Shown here piece by piece: positions 54,064 through 63,000 of a stretch of 64,000 bases of DNA (position 1 is its first letter; each line of letters starts with the position of its first letter). Source of the stretch: Gracilibacteraceae bacterium (GTDB lineage Bacteria > Bacillota > Desulfitobacteriia > Desulfitobacteriales > Syntrophobotulaceae); the NCBI GenBank assembly GCA_031270805.1, contig JAISWK010000089.1, positions 18,235-82,234 on the forward strand, given 5' to 3'. A model generated the notes under the pieces. It was not told the DNA's origin, did not search any database, and saw only the letters and a program-made list of their open reading frames with translations. The position numbers and the translations under genes were made by a program.

Positions 54064-55206
54064 ATGGAATACGTCGACTATGGCCAGACCGGACTCCGGG
54101 TTTCCCGTTTCGGGTTGGGCGGCATGAGGTTTCCGGCGGACGCCGGCGAGGCGATTCAAATGATTCGCTTCGCCATTGATAACGGCGTCAACTATATCGA
54201 CACGGCCTATGTTTACGGCGACAGCGAAGAAATCATCGGCCGGGCGCTGAAAGACGGTTATCGCGAGCGCGTCGTCCTGGCGACCAAGAGTCCGCTCTGG
54301 ACCGTCCGCAGCCACGCCGACTTTGAAAAAGGGCTGGACGAGCAGCTCCGCCGCCTCGGGGTCGATTATATTGACATTTACATGCACCACAACCTGTTTC
54401 AAAAACACTGGCAAAGGGTCAAGGATTTGGACGGCCTGGGCTTCCTGGATGATATGGTAAAAAAAGGTAAATGCCGTTTCCGCGGTTTTTCCATTCACGG
54501 CACGCTGGAAGCATTCCGGGAAGTGCTGGACGCCTACGATTGGGACATGGCCCAGATTCAGCTGAACATAATTGACGCCTGCCAGCAGGCGGGAGTCGCG
54601 GGGTTGCAATACGCGGCCGCTAAGGGCGTGCCGGTCGCGATTATGGAATCCCTGCGCGGCGGCGACTTAATCAATTTCGCGCCGCCGGGCGTGGACGAGC
54701 TGATCCGGGCCTTCCCCACGCGGCGTTCGCTGGCGGAGTGGTGCTTTCGCTGGCTTTACAATATGCCGGCGGCGACGGTCATCCTCAGCGGCACCTCGAC
54801 TTTGGCCCAATTGCAGGACAATATCCGTATTTTCGCGAACTCGGCCCCGAACGTGATGAACGCGGCGGAATTGGATTTGATCGAAAAAATCCGGACCCTG
54901 TTCGAGGCGGCGGCCGGCGTGGGCTGCACGGCCTGCAATTATTGTATGCCCTGCCCCCAGGGCGTGGCGATTCCCGAAATTATCCGCATGTACAAGAACC
55001 TGCTCCGCAATCCGAACTATCGCATTGACAAAATGTATTACCACCGCTCCGTCATCCCCAAGGGCAATGGTGCGGATCAATGTATGGACTGCGGCGTTTG
55101 TGCGGAAAAATGTCCGCAGTCGCTGCCGATCGCCGAGGTTTTGCGCCAGGCGCATGAGGCGCTGGGAACCTACATGCGCCTGATGTATGAACCGGAAGAG
55201 GGGTAA
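54064..55206 (+). CDS. aldo/keto reductase with C-terminal 2x[4Fe-4S] ferredoxin-like domain
   Basis: MEYVDYGQTGLRVSRFGLGGMRF, IDTAYVYGDSEE. C-terminal CTACNYCMPCPQG...CMDCGVCAEKCPQ. Confidence 0.85.
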   Translation: MEYVDYGQTGLRVSRFGLGGMRFPADAGEAIQMIRFAIDNGVNYIDTAYVYGDSEEIIGRALKDGYRERVVLATKSPLWTVRSHADFEKGLDEQLRRLGVDYIDIYMHHNLFQKHWQRVKDLDGLGFLDDMVKKGKCRFRGFSIHGTLEAFREVLDAYDWDMAQIQLNIIDACQQAGVAGLQYAAAKGVPVAIMESLRGGDLINFAPPGVDELIRAFPTRRSLAEWCFRWLYNMPAATVILSGTSTLAQLQDNIRIFANSAPNVMNAAELDLIEKIRTLFEAAAGVGCTACNYCMPCPQGVAIPEIIRMYKNLLRNPNYRIDKMYYHRSVIPKGNGADQCMDCGVCAEKCPQSLPIAEVLRQAHEALGTYMRLMYEPEEG

Positions 55207-55349
55207 ATTCCCGCTGTACTTTTTCCCTGAATCATAGTATAGTTGATTTGGCGAAGAATATTGACGACGACTGGCAGCAACCAACCCGCTGTAACCCGCA
55301 TGAGATTCCCTCTCGCGCGCTCCCGGGACTGTCACGGGGACGTATCCCG

Positions 55350-55437
55350 CCCCCTTCTCAGAAGGGGGGTGCCCCGAAGGGGCGGGGGTTGTCCCTGCTC
55401 CAATTGTGCATCGTGCATTGTACATTGTGCATTGCAA
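55350..55437. repeat. mosaic intergenic repeat, family A copy 2
   Basis: cccccttc-tca-gaaggggg t gcccc-gaa-ggggc gggggttgtccctgctccaattgtgca tcgtgca ttgtaca ttgtgca ttgcaa. Confidence 0.7.
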
Positions 55438-55480
55438 CTTGCCCCTTGCCGCAACGTGAACATAAAAGGTGGGACTAAAC

Positions 55481-56236
55481 ATGACGAAAATAGGTGAGTT
55501 GATCCGGGAAGAAGCTGCGAACTTGCCCCTGGACGATTCGAGCCGGGAATCCGCCCGGGCGTTTGACCGCGCCCTCCGGCCGGAAGAAGCGGCCGCCTGC
55601 CTCCTCCGGATCGGTCTCGCGCCGGAGGACTTTCTCGGCGCCCCCCGGACGGGAGAAGCCCTCAGCCGCCTGGTGGCGGCGCACCAGCGGACAGTGCCGT
55701 TTGAAAACCTGGAAGCGGTGGAGGAAAGGCAGACGCCGTCCCTGCGGATCGATGATCTCTGGCAGAAGATCGTCCAGCGAGAGCGCGGGGGCTGGTGCTA
55801 TGAACTGAACGGCCTGTTCGCCGCTCTGCTGCGCGGTCTGGGCTACAGGACGACGGCCCATATCGCCAATATTTGCAAGAATGATCAGATCATCACCGGG
55901 CCGCCCCGGCACCGGATCAACCTGGCCTACCTGCCGGAAGGGGTCTTTTTCTGCGACGTCGGTTTCGGCGGCATCGCCGCGCCGGGTTTTGCGCCGTTTT
56001 ACACCGATCACGCCCTGCAGGCGGGGCCGGGAGGGACTTTTGTGTTCCGCCCGTTCGGCGCGGGGGGCAAAATCCTCTGCCAGAGCAAGGAGGGCCGCGA
56101 AACGCCGCTGATGGAGATTGAGCCCGCTCCGCGGGAGGGAACATTCTTCCTGCCTTACAATGAGTACAGCGCCCACGACCCCGGTTCCCCGTTCATCCGG
56201 CAGGCGATCAAGCGGCTGCCGGAATGGGCGGGTTAG
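55481..56236 (+). CDS. arylamine N-acetyltransferase (NAT family)
   Basis: RTVPFENLEAV, catalytic-Cys context RGGWCYELNGLF, His/Asp context HRINLAYL...FCDVGFGG. ATG after AAGGTGGG. Confidence 0.85.
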   Translation: MTKIGELIREEAANLPLDDSSRESARAFDRALRPEEAAACLLRIGLAPEDFLGAPRTGEALSRLVAAHQRTVPFENLEAVEERQTPSLRIDDLWQKIVQRERGGWCYELNGLFAALLRGLGYRTTAHIANICKNDQIITGPPRHRINLAYLPEGVFFCDVGFGGIAAPGFAPFYTDHALQAGPGGTFVFRPFGAGGKILCQSKEGRETPLMEIEPAPREGTFFLPYNEYSAHDPGSPFIRQAIKRLPEWAG

Positions 56237-56270
56237 TCCGGAAAATTCACAATTTAGGGGCGTCCTCCGA

Positions 56271-56435
56271 CTAAGGAACTGTCCTCAAATAACTTATACA
56301 TTTGACTTGCCCTTTTGCACCCTGGCTGCGTTGCCAGAACCCACAAATACAGCCAGTATTAGCGGAACCTGGCGCCTTGCCAGAGCACAAAATTGCTGCG
56401 TCAACTGCACAAGTTATTTATCAACAGTTCCTAAG
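56271..56435. repeat. 165-bp element bounded by 25-nt imperfect inverted repeats (MITE-like or large terminator structure)
   Basis: ctaaggaactgtcctcaaataactt pairs with aagttatttatcaacagttcctaag (20 of 25 complementary). The interior has two similar hairpins, ctggc-tgcgtt-gccag and ctggc-gcctt-gccag. Confidence 0.5.
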
Positions 56436-56502
56436 CGAGTCAAAAAATAGCGAAATAAGTCGAATCTCGTCGTGCGATAGTCACGAAGAATATTAAAAAC
56501 CC

Positions 56503-56531
56503 TTGACAATGCCGCAAACAAAGCCTACAAG
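56503..56531 (+). promoter_or_regulatory. promoter P1: TTGACA-17-TACAAG with A/T-rich UP-like stretch
   Basis: ttgaca atgccgcaaacaaagcc tacaag. Confidence 0.5.
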
Positions 56532-56582
56532 AAAAAGTCGAATCTCGTCGAGGGAAAGTCATGAGGAATATTTAAAAAACTC

Positions 56583-56611
56583 TTGACAACGGCGCGAGCA
56601 AAGACTACAAT
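56583..56611 (+). promoter_or_regulatory. promoter P2: TTGACA-17-TACAAT with A/T-rich UP-like stretch
   Basis: ttgaca acggcgcgagcaaagac tacaat. Confidence 0.6.
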
Positions 56612-56617
56612 GAAAAT

Positions 56618-56961
56618 GTAGCGTACCCGAGAGTGAACGGACTGACACCGGCCTCCGCAAGGAGGAAAATGGGACTGAGCCGGGTAAAACAAAACAAAGC
56701 TTAACCGGACGAAAGCCCAAGAACGAGCCGGCCATAGGCGGCAAAACAGGAAGAAACCGAATATAAGCAACTTTCGAGCTGACGGATCTAAAAGCAAGCG
56801 CTCATGAACGTCAGCCTGAGGCGGGGATCCGCTTCACGGGGCCGGCAGGGAAACCGGACGGCCTAACATTATTGTAAGAAAGTCAGCATCGTCCGACGCA
56901 ACTGCGCGCTGGGCGGGTGAATGCAACACACCTGATTTTCTTACGAAAACAGGTGTTTTTT
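56618..56961 (+). ncRNA. candidate structured non-coding RNA or long terminated leader (class unknown)
   Basis: Bounded by P2 and an intrinsic terminator, with no credible ORF. Hand-found stems include cctcc-GCAA-ggagg (56652..56665), gctgacg/cgtcagc (56778..56815), gcgg-ggat-ccgc and ggccgg...ccggacggcc. Confidence 0.45.
56928..56961 (+). terminator. rho-independent terminator
   Basis: acacctg(a)ttttc-ttac-gaaaacaggtgt followed by TTTTT. Confidence 0.75.
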
Positions 56962-57187
56962 GTTCTGTGGGGCAAGGGAAGGAGTGAGCGAATGAGTCTG
57001 AGTTTGAGACGCTGCGCCGTATGGCGCCCTCCGTAGCCCGCCGGATTGCTATCCGCGGTGTGCATGTTTTAAGGGGGTCGGAGGCGAGGAAATGAGGCGG
57101 CCGGTCTTGCTGCTGATTCCGCCGGACGCCGCGCGCTTCGTTCCCCGCAATGACAGTGAATCGGATGCAATGCAATGTACGTTGTGC

Positions 57188-57280
57188 GTATGTGGATTCT
57201 GCGACGGAGGCGCGACCCCCGGTAATGGAACCGGCGCGCCTCCGCGCAGGCAGTTCGGCTTGGGCGGCTCGGAGACTCGC
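57188..57280. repeat. mosaic intergenic repeat, family B copy 1 (62-nt core plus 29-nt module)
   Basis: The 62-nt core is 57 of 62 identical to 59750..59811. The 29-mer at 57252..57280 is the exact reverse complement of 59914..59942. Confidence 0.85.
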
Positions 57281-57326
57281 CGGGAGCCTGTTGCACTCGT
57301 TTTTTCTCGGAAAGGAGAAAAAAAAC

Positions 57327-59690
57327 ATGAAATTCCATTCCCAAAGAATCCACCGGCGCCGCAGGGTGGCGCTACTGACGGCGATACTGCTCTTTATCGG
57401 ACTGTTCGCCGTCCTGACCGTACCGGTGCTGGCCACTCCCGGCGCCTACACCGTCACATTCGCGGTCACCAACACCACGGTACAGGTTAACGGCTCCACC
57501 ACGCTGACCGCCACCTCGGACAGCAGCGGCGTCCTTAACTTCAACACCACGCCGGCGACGAACTACGCCGTATCCGTGGCGTCAATCGCCATCACCCCGT
57601 CGTCAGGTACTACGGACGCCGTAGTCCTCAAGACCGGGCCCAACGCCTTCCAGCTGCAGGCGGTCGACCAGGCAGTCACCTTAACGATTGTCGCCGACCC
57701 GCCCTTTACCGGCCAGACGACGGCCGGCGGCTACGCCATCAATAACGAGACTCAACTCCTGGCGTTAGCGACGGCTGTCAACGGCAGCACCGATCCTATC
57801 GCCCTCCCCGGCTATACCTTCACCTTGACGGACGATATCGCGCTCTCCGACCCCTGGACGCCCATCGGCGGGGCCGGCGGCGTCAGCGGGACAGTCCCGA
57901 GCAGCAACGGCTTTGCCGGCATCTTTGACGGACAGGACTTCACGATCAGCGAGCTTGATCTCAACCCGACCATCACCGGCAGCACGAACAACACAGGCTA
58001 CGGCCTGTTCGGTTTCGTGAACGGCGGCACGGTCGGCAACCTCACGGTCAGCGGCGAGATCATAATAGACGATACCAGCGTAGCGCAGGACATCGGCGGC
58101 GTCGTCGGCTACACCAACGGCAGTCTGTACAACCTGACGAGCGATGTCACAATCAGCGTTGGCAAAGAGTGCTCCAATGTCGGCGGGGTAGTGGGCGCGA
58201 TGGAGAACTTAACCACGCCGATCACCGCCCGCTACCTGGCCAATGTGGCTCAAATCCTGGCCGGCGGCCACGTCGGCGGCGTCATCGGCGGCATGTATTC
58301 CGGCCCGGGCAACCTTAACACCATCGACCGCTGCTTCAACACCGCAATGGTCGCAGGCCTCCAGCAAAGCAAGACCTATGTCGGCGGCGTCGTGGGTTAC
58401 GCCTGCGCCGCCATCACGAACACTTACAACACCGGCGAGATCCTGGTGGCCGGCGGCGACAATATTAAGTGCTACCTCGGCGGGATCACCGGTATCCTCG
58501 TTCACTATAGCACGCCCCGTTCCAGCCTGGCCAACTCCTACAGTACGTCCGGCTTCGTGGGCTATATGACCGATTACGCCCAGTATCTCTACGCCTCGGC
58601 GGACAACGACAGCACGACGCCGATCACGAACAGCTATTGGGTGGTGCCTTCTGCCGGCGCGCTCGGTTACGACCAGGCCGTCTTCGGCACGCACACCGAT
58701 GTGTCGGCTCAGGCTGCGTCCGCCCTGACCCCGACCCTGCTGGGCAGCGCCTTTACCGGCAGCGCCCCGGCAACCCTGGACTGGAGCGGCGCCTATACGG
58801 ATCTTCAGACCGGCACGCCTACCCCGCCCGCCGACACAGACGACCTGAACATGATATTCTTGGATGGCACGGCCACGGTAAACGGGACCGGCACGAAGGG
58901 AGACCCCTATAACAGCCTGACCAGCGCCCTCGGCGACCTTACCGCTACGCGGCCGGTCGTCTATATCCTCGGGAAACTGACGATCAGCGCCACGACCAAT
59001 ATTGATTCCTCCACCCTGCCGATCGGCAACGCCGTGATCACACGCAGCTGCTCGTACACCGGCGACCTCTTTGACGTGACCGGCGGTACCCTGACCCTGG
59101 GCGACGTCACGGTGCACGGCAACAGCGCCAATGTCGCCAATGCCAGCGGCGCTTTGGTCTGGATCGACGGCGGCTCGCTCGTCGTGGGCCCCGGGGCGAC
59201 CCTGCAAAAAAATGACACTCAGACCAACGGCGGCGCTATTCATATCTTCAACGGCGACGCGACCCTTGACGGTGGCCAGATCTCCAGCAACGAGGCCAAG
59301 ATCGGCGGCGCGGTCTATATTGACAGCGACGGCGTCTTTACCCTCAAGGACGGCGAGGTGGGCAACAATATCGCCGACCGCTACGCCCCCGGCATCTATG
59401 TGACCGCCAGCGGCACGGTGGTGCTTGATCCGGGCAACGCCACCACCTTAAGCATTGCGGGCGGTAACCCGATTTATCTGCCCTCGGGCGTATCCTTCAA
59501 TATCGATTCCTCTCTGGGAAGTCTGACCAATTCTGTACCGGTCGCCTTTGCCAGCCCGGCGAAATTTGACAGCGTCGCCTTCGTGGCCAACCCCTCTTAC
59601 ATTGGCGCGAGCAGAGCAAAGTTAGCGGCCCCGCAGGTTACTCTCGATGATGACGGCGATACGGAAATCTATATTGATTCGGTGCCGTAA
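57327..59690 (+). CDS. large secreted/surface protein with GLUG-like (GGVVGY) repeats and C-terminal beta-helix-like repeats
   Basis: ATG 9 nt after AAAGGAG. Signal-like N-terminus MKFHSQRIHRRRRVALLTAILLFIGLFAVLTVPVLA. Repeats IGGVVGYTNG, VGGVVGA, VGGVIGG, VGGVVGYA and GGAIHIFNGDATLDGGQISSNEAKIGGAVYI. Confidence 0.75.
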   Translation: MKFHSQRIHRRRRVALLTAILLFIGLFAVLTVPVLATPGAYTVTFAVTNTTVQVNGSTTLTATSDSSGVLNFNTTPATNYAVSVASIAITPSSGTTDAVVLKTGPNAFQLQAVDQAVTLTIVADPPFTGQTTAGGYAINNETQLLALATAVNGSTDPIALPGYTFTLTDDIALSDPWTPIGGAGGVSGTVPSSNGFAGIFDGQDFTISELDLNPTITGSTNNTGYGLFGFVNGGTVGNLTVSGEIIIDDTSVAQDIGGVVGYTNGSLYNLTSDVTISVGKECSNVGGVVGAMENLTTPITARYLANVAQILAGGHVGGVIGGMYSGPGNLNTIDRCFNTAMVAGLQQSKTYVGGVVGYACAAITNTYNTGEILVAGGDNIKCYLGGITGILVHYSTPRSSLANSYSTSGFVGYMTDYAQYLYASADNDSTTPITNSYWVVPSAGALGYDQAVFGTHTDVSAQAASALTPTLLGSAFTGSAPATLDWSGAYTDLQTGTPTPPADTDDLNMIFLDGTATVNGTGTKGDPYNSLTSALGDLTATRPVVYILGKLTISATTNIDSSTLPIGNAVITRSCSYTGDLFDVTGGTLTLGDVTVHGNSANVANASGALVWIDGGSLVVGPGATLQKNDTQTNGGAIHIFNGDATLDGGQISSNEAKIGGAVYIDSDGVFTLKDGEVGNNIADRYAPGIYVTASGTVVLDPGNATTLSIAGGNPIYLPSGVSFNIDSSLGSLTNSVPVAFASPAKFDSVAFVANPSYIGASRAKLAAPQVTLDDDGDTEIYIDSVP

Positions 59691-59702
59691 TTGCCCGGAG
59701 CG

Positions 59703-59740
59703 CACAACCAGAGAGACGCTGACGCGTCTCTCTGGTTGTG
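59703..59740 (+). terminator. perfect 17-bp hairpin 13 nt after the stop codon (terminator-like, no U-tract)
   Basis: cacaaccagagagacgc-tgac-gcgtctctctggttgtg paired base by base. Confidence 0.5.
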
Positions 59741-59749
59741 ATTGTGTAA

Positions 59750-60077
59750 GTATGTGGATTCTGCGACGGAGGCGTGACACCCGGTAATGACGCCGGCGCG
59801 CCTCCGCGCAGAATGACAATAAGAAAGACTATTGTCATTCTGCGCAAGCCGCCGACAGGCGGCGCAGTCGCAGAATCCACCCAGAAACGGGCGGATTGCG
59901 AGAGACTTACCCAGCGAGTCTCCGAGCCGCCCAAGCCGAACTACCATCCGCCCCTACGAAGAAACAGAGGCGCCCCGCAAGGGCGTGGAGACGCCCCCAC
60001 AAGGGCGTAGTAGGGGACGATGGCAATCGTCCCGCGTCTCCCGAAAAACGGGCGGATTACCATCCACCCCTACGAAG
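59750..60077. repeat. mosaic intergenic repeat, family B copy 2 plus nested units and hairpins
   Basis: Core at 59750..59811. Perfect 14-bp inverted repeat gtggattctgcgac / gtcgcagaatccac (59754..59767 and 59867..59880). Perfect 15-bp hairpin at 59806..59845. The unit aaacgggcggatt+accatccRcccctacgaag occurs intact at 60046..60077 and split by 45 nt at 59885..59961. Confidence 0.85.
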
Positions 60078-60096
60078 GAAGAGAGGAAAAAAATTT

Positions 60097-63000
60097 ATGG
60101 GCATTTACTTCGCCGGATCAATGAAAAACAGCCGCCTGATGGCCGTACTCCTGATCGCGGTCATGATTCTTGGTTTCTTCGTCCTGCCGGATTTCTCGGC
60201 GGGCGCGGTCGCCGATGATGTCGTGAGTCTCACCTTGACATTGAGTGAGAGGAACATAACAGTCGGTGGTAACACAGTTGGATTAGAATTTGATAAGACC
60301 GTGTTTTCTTTCGATTCCCTGGATACAAGCGTGTCCGAAGGTCGATGCACGGCGGAGTTTCGTGCCGAGACAGATCTTGGTTTTGAATATCGGGTTTACG
60401 CAGTCGGCGAGACTTTAAGAGAAGCAGGCGTTCCAGTTGTTGTTATCAATCTGAAAATAAACCCCGATGCGCCCCCGGGTGATTATACCATACTTACGAC
60501 CAAAGTGCCCAAAGGGCCGCAACTATCCGACCCGACCCCCTCCGTTATAACGGTGGAGGCCGGCGGCATTGACGTGGTCGCAGACTACGGCGGCCGCATC
60601 CGCAAAGGAGCGGACGGCGGCTACAACGTGGCGGTGGACAGCGACAAGCTGGGCGACGGCGATAAGGCGGGCTATGTGATCGACCAACTCTTTGTGGACG
60701 GGCAGGCCATCCCCGCCGCCTCAGGACAAACCTCATTCCAGGTGACGGCGGACGACGCGCCGACAAGGAGTATTGTCGCTCTCTTTGAGTACACGGTAAA
60801 TTTTAATTCCCCGCTTAACGGCACGCTCTCCGTTAAGCGGGGGGATACCGAACTTACGAGCGGAGATATTGTGCGCGGCGGCGAGGTGCTGACAGTCGAG
60901 GCCGTCGCGGATTCGGGTTATATCGCGGAGCTGCAATGTACGGGACTGACCCCCGCCGGCGACTCCGGCCAATATATTGTGACCGCGCTGCGCGGCGAAC
61001 CGGCGCCGGAAATCGGGGCCACGTTCTTCCCCCTCGGCAGTCTGTACAGCATCAGCTCCGACACCGTGGTACACGGCGTCCTGGGCCACCCCGCCCAGGC
61101 GGTGGTCGGGGCCGCCGTCACAGTGACGGCCCAGCCCAATTTTGGTTTTTACCTTGAAGACGGCAGCCTGGTCTACCGGGTCGGCGCGGACAGCGAAGCC
61201 TTCTTATTGACCGCCACCGCCACTCCGGCCGGGTATGAATTTGTCATGCCCGGGGACAGCGTGACCCTCTCCGCCGTCTTTTTGCCCATCGCCCGCACTA
61301 TCAGCGTGGACTGCCAACCGGCGCGCGGTTCCGTCGTCGTCAGCCGGGACACGGCGCCGGTGGGCGAGACGATCAGCCTGACGATTCAGCCTGATCCGGG
61401 CTATGTGACGGCGGGACTCGTCGTCAGGGGCGATGAGAGCCTGGCACCCGTCCCGCTGGCGGACAAGGGTTCCGGCGGCTATGAGTTTGTCATGCCGGCC
61501 GAGCCGGTCACCGTGAGCCTCGGTTTTGTCTACACCGTAGGCCAGCCGCCCCTCGGCGCGGACGGATTTTATCAGATCAGCACGGCGGAGCATTTCCTTT
61601 GGTTCGCCCGGACCGTGAACGACGGCGACGGCGGCATTAACGCCGTGCTGCTGAATGATTTGGATTTAACGCAGCTTCAGCCTTTTACCACCATCGGCGG
61701 CCAGTATGCGGCCTTTTCCAATACGCCCTTCAGCGGCACTTTTGACGGGGCCGGCCATACGCTGACTGTTGACATCGACCTGTCCTTTGAACCTGAGCCT
61801 CAGCGCCAGGACTACCACACCGTCGGAGTGTTCGGCTTCATCGGGCTGGGGGGAGTCGTCCGGGATTTGCATGTCGAAGGCAGCGTGAAGGGCCGGGCCT
61901 CCTACGTCGGCGGTATTGTCGGCTATCTCCAGGGCGGCGACATTATAGGCTGTACCTTCAGCGGTACGGTCACGAGCGAAGAAATCCCCTCGGGCAGCGG
62001 AAGTTGGCTGGCGGGCGGCATCGTTGCTAGTGTTAGTGCGGCGAACACCGGCGATCTTTCGGCGAATAGAGACGCTACCATCACCGATTGTTCCGTCAGC
62101 GGTGCGATCTGCGGCAGCGGCACCGGCAGCGGCGGCATAATTGGCCAGGCTATTGGCAACGGAACTTTCGATCTTAGCACAATTGTCAGCGGCTGCGTCA
62201 ACGAGGCGGATGTTTTCGGCGCCAGCGTTCGTGTGGGCGGCATCGTCGGCTATGCAAGCGATACAAAAATTATTGATTGCCGCAATGTCGGAACGATACA
62301 GGGGGCATCCAGCTTCGTTGGCGGCATCGTGGGTTACACCATGGGCGCTGATGAGATCAAGGATTGCGTGAACAGCGGCGCGGTGTCCGGTAGGAGTACA
62401 GTGGGCGGTATCGCGGGCCAGATGGGGGGCACCGGCTCCCTCAGCGCCTGCGTCAACAGCGGCCCTGTCGAGGCTGCCGCGGCTGACGCTGGCGGGATCG
62501 CCGGCCTTTTCGGCAGCCCCGGCTACTTGACCGGCTGCCTGAACACCGGCGCCGTCACGGCGACGCAGACCAGAGCCGGCGGTATCACCGGCTCTGTGGA
62601 CGCCGGCAAGCTTGAGGGCAATTACAACGGCGGCCCGGTCGCTCTGAACGCCGGGGCCGGGAGCGGCATCAGCTTTGTGGGCGGCATCGTTGGCTACTTC
62701 GATGGCTATGGGTTCAACTGGACCTATTCCCACTACGGCAGCCTGACGGGGAGCTACAATACCGGCCCGGTCGTCTACACGCTGGAGGGTGAGGACGTCA
62801 GCGAGAATGTGGGGCCGGTGGCGGGCGCCTATAACGATGAGAATAAGTCATATATTGCGGATAATTACTACGCCCCGGACGACGGGGCGGAGCATTGGGG
62901 CGCGGCGGCGGTGTCGGGAACCAACCTCAACGCGGCGCTGGCAATCCTCGAGAGCGTCAGCGACGAGGAAATCCGCTACAATGAAGGCGGCTACCCTGTA

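Larger units (their letters stand above)
56457..56613 (+). repeat. tandem 78-bp duplication, each unit carrying a complete promoter
   Basis: Both units begin aagtcgaatctcgtcg and contain ...agtca.ga.gaatatt.aaaaa.c.cttgacaa. The unit offset is 78 nt. Confidence 0.85.

Noticed and set aside
56669-56701. 10-codon mini-ORF (MGLSRVKQNKA) preceded by AGGAGG inside the candidate RNA
   Set aside because: The RBS-to-ATG spacing is only 3 nt and the AGGAGG is the 3-prime arm of the GCAA-capped hairpin. There is no way to support translation from sequence alone.
56618-56961. Assignment of the candidate RNA to a known family (RNase P, SRP, 6S, cobalamin, FMN, TPP, c-di-GMP, c-di-AMP, guanidine-I/ykkC)
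   Set aside because: Diagnostic cores such as GAGGAAAGUCC, GCCACUG and GACGCAAAGCC are absent. A loose resemblance to ykkC (CCGAGAG ... GGGAC-N-GCCGGG) near the 5-prime end has the wrong spacing and sits 250 nt from the terminator. The class is left unknown.
59754-59880. Perfect 14-bp inverted repeat flanking 99 bp as an invertible promoter (phase-variation switch) for the second surface protein
   Set aside because: No -35/-10 pair was recognised inside the segment and no recombinase gene lies in the window. The interior is itself a set of perfect hairpins, and copy 1 of the repeat lacks the right arm. A REP/BIME-like structure is more likely. The idea is kept only as a check on long reads.
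58209-62733. Minus-strand ORFs 58209..59243 and 61666..62733 inside the surface-protein genes
   Set aside because: They are antisense to long repeat-bearing plus-strand ORFs. They have no RBS, and their Ala/Gly/Arg-rich translations mirror the GGN-rich repeats.
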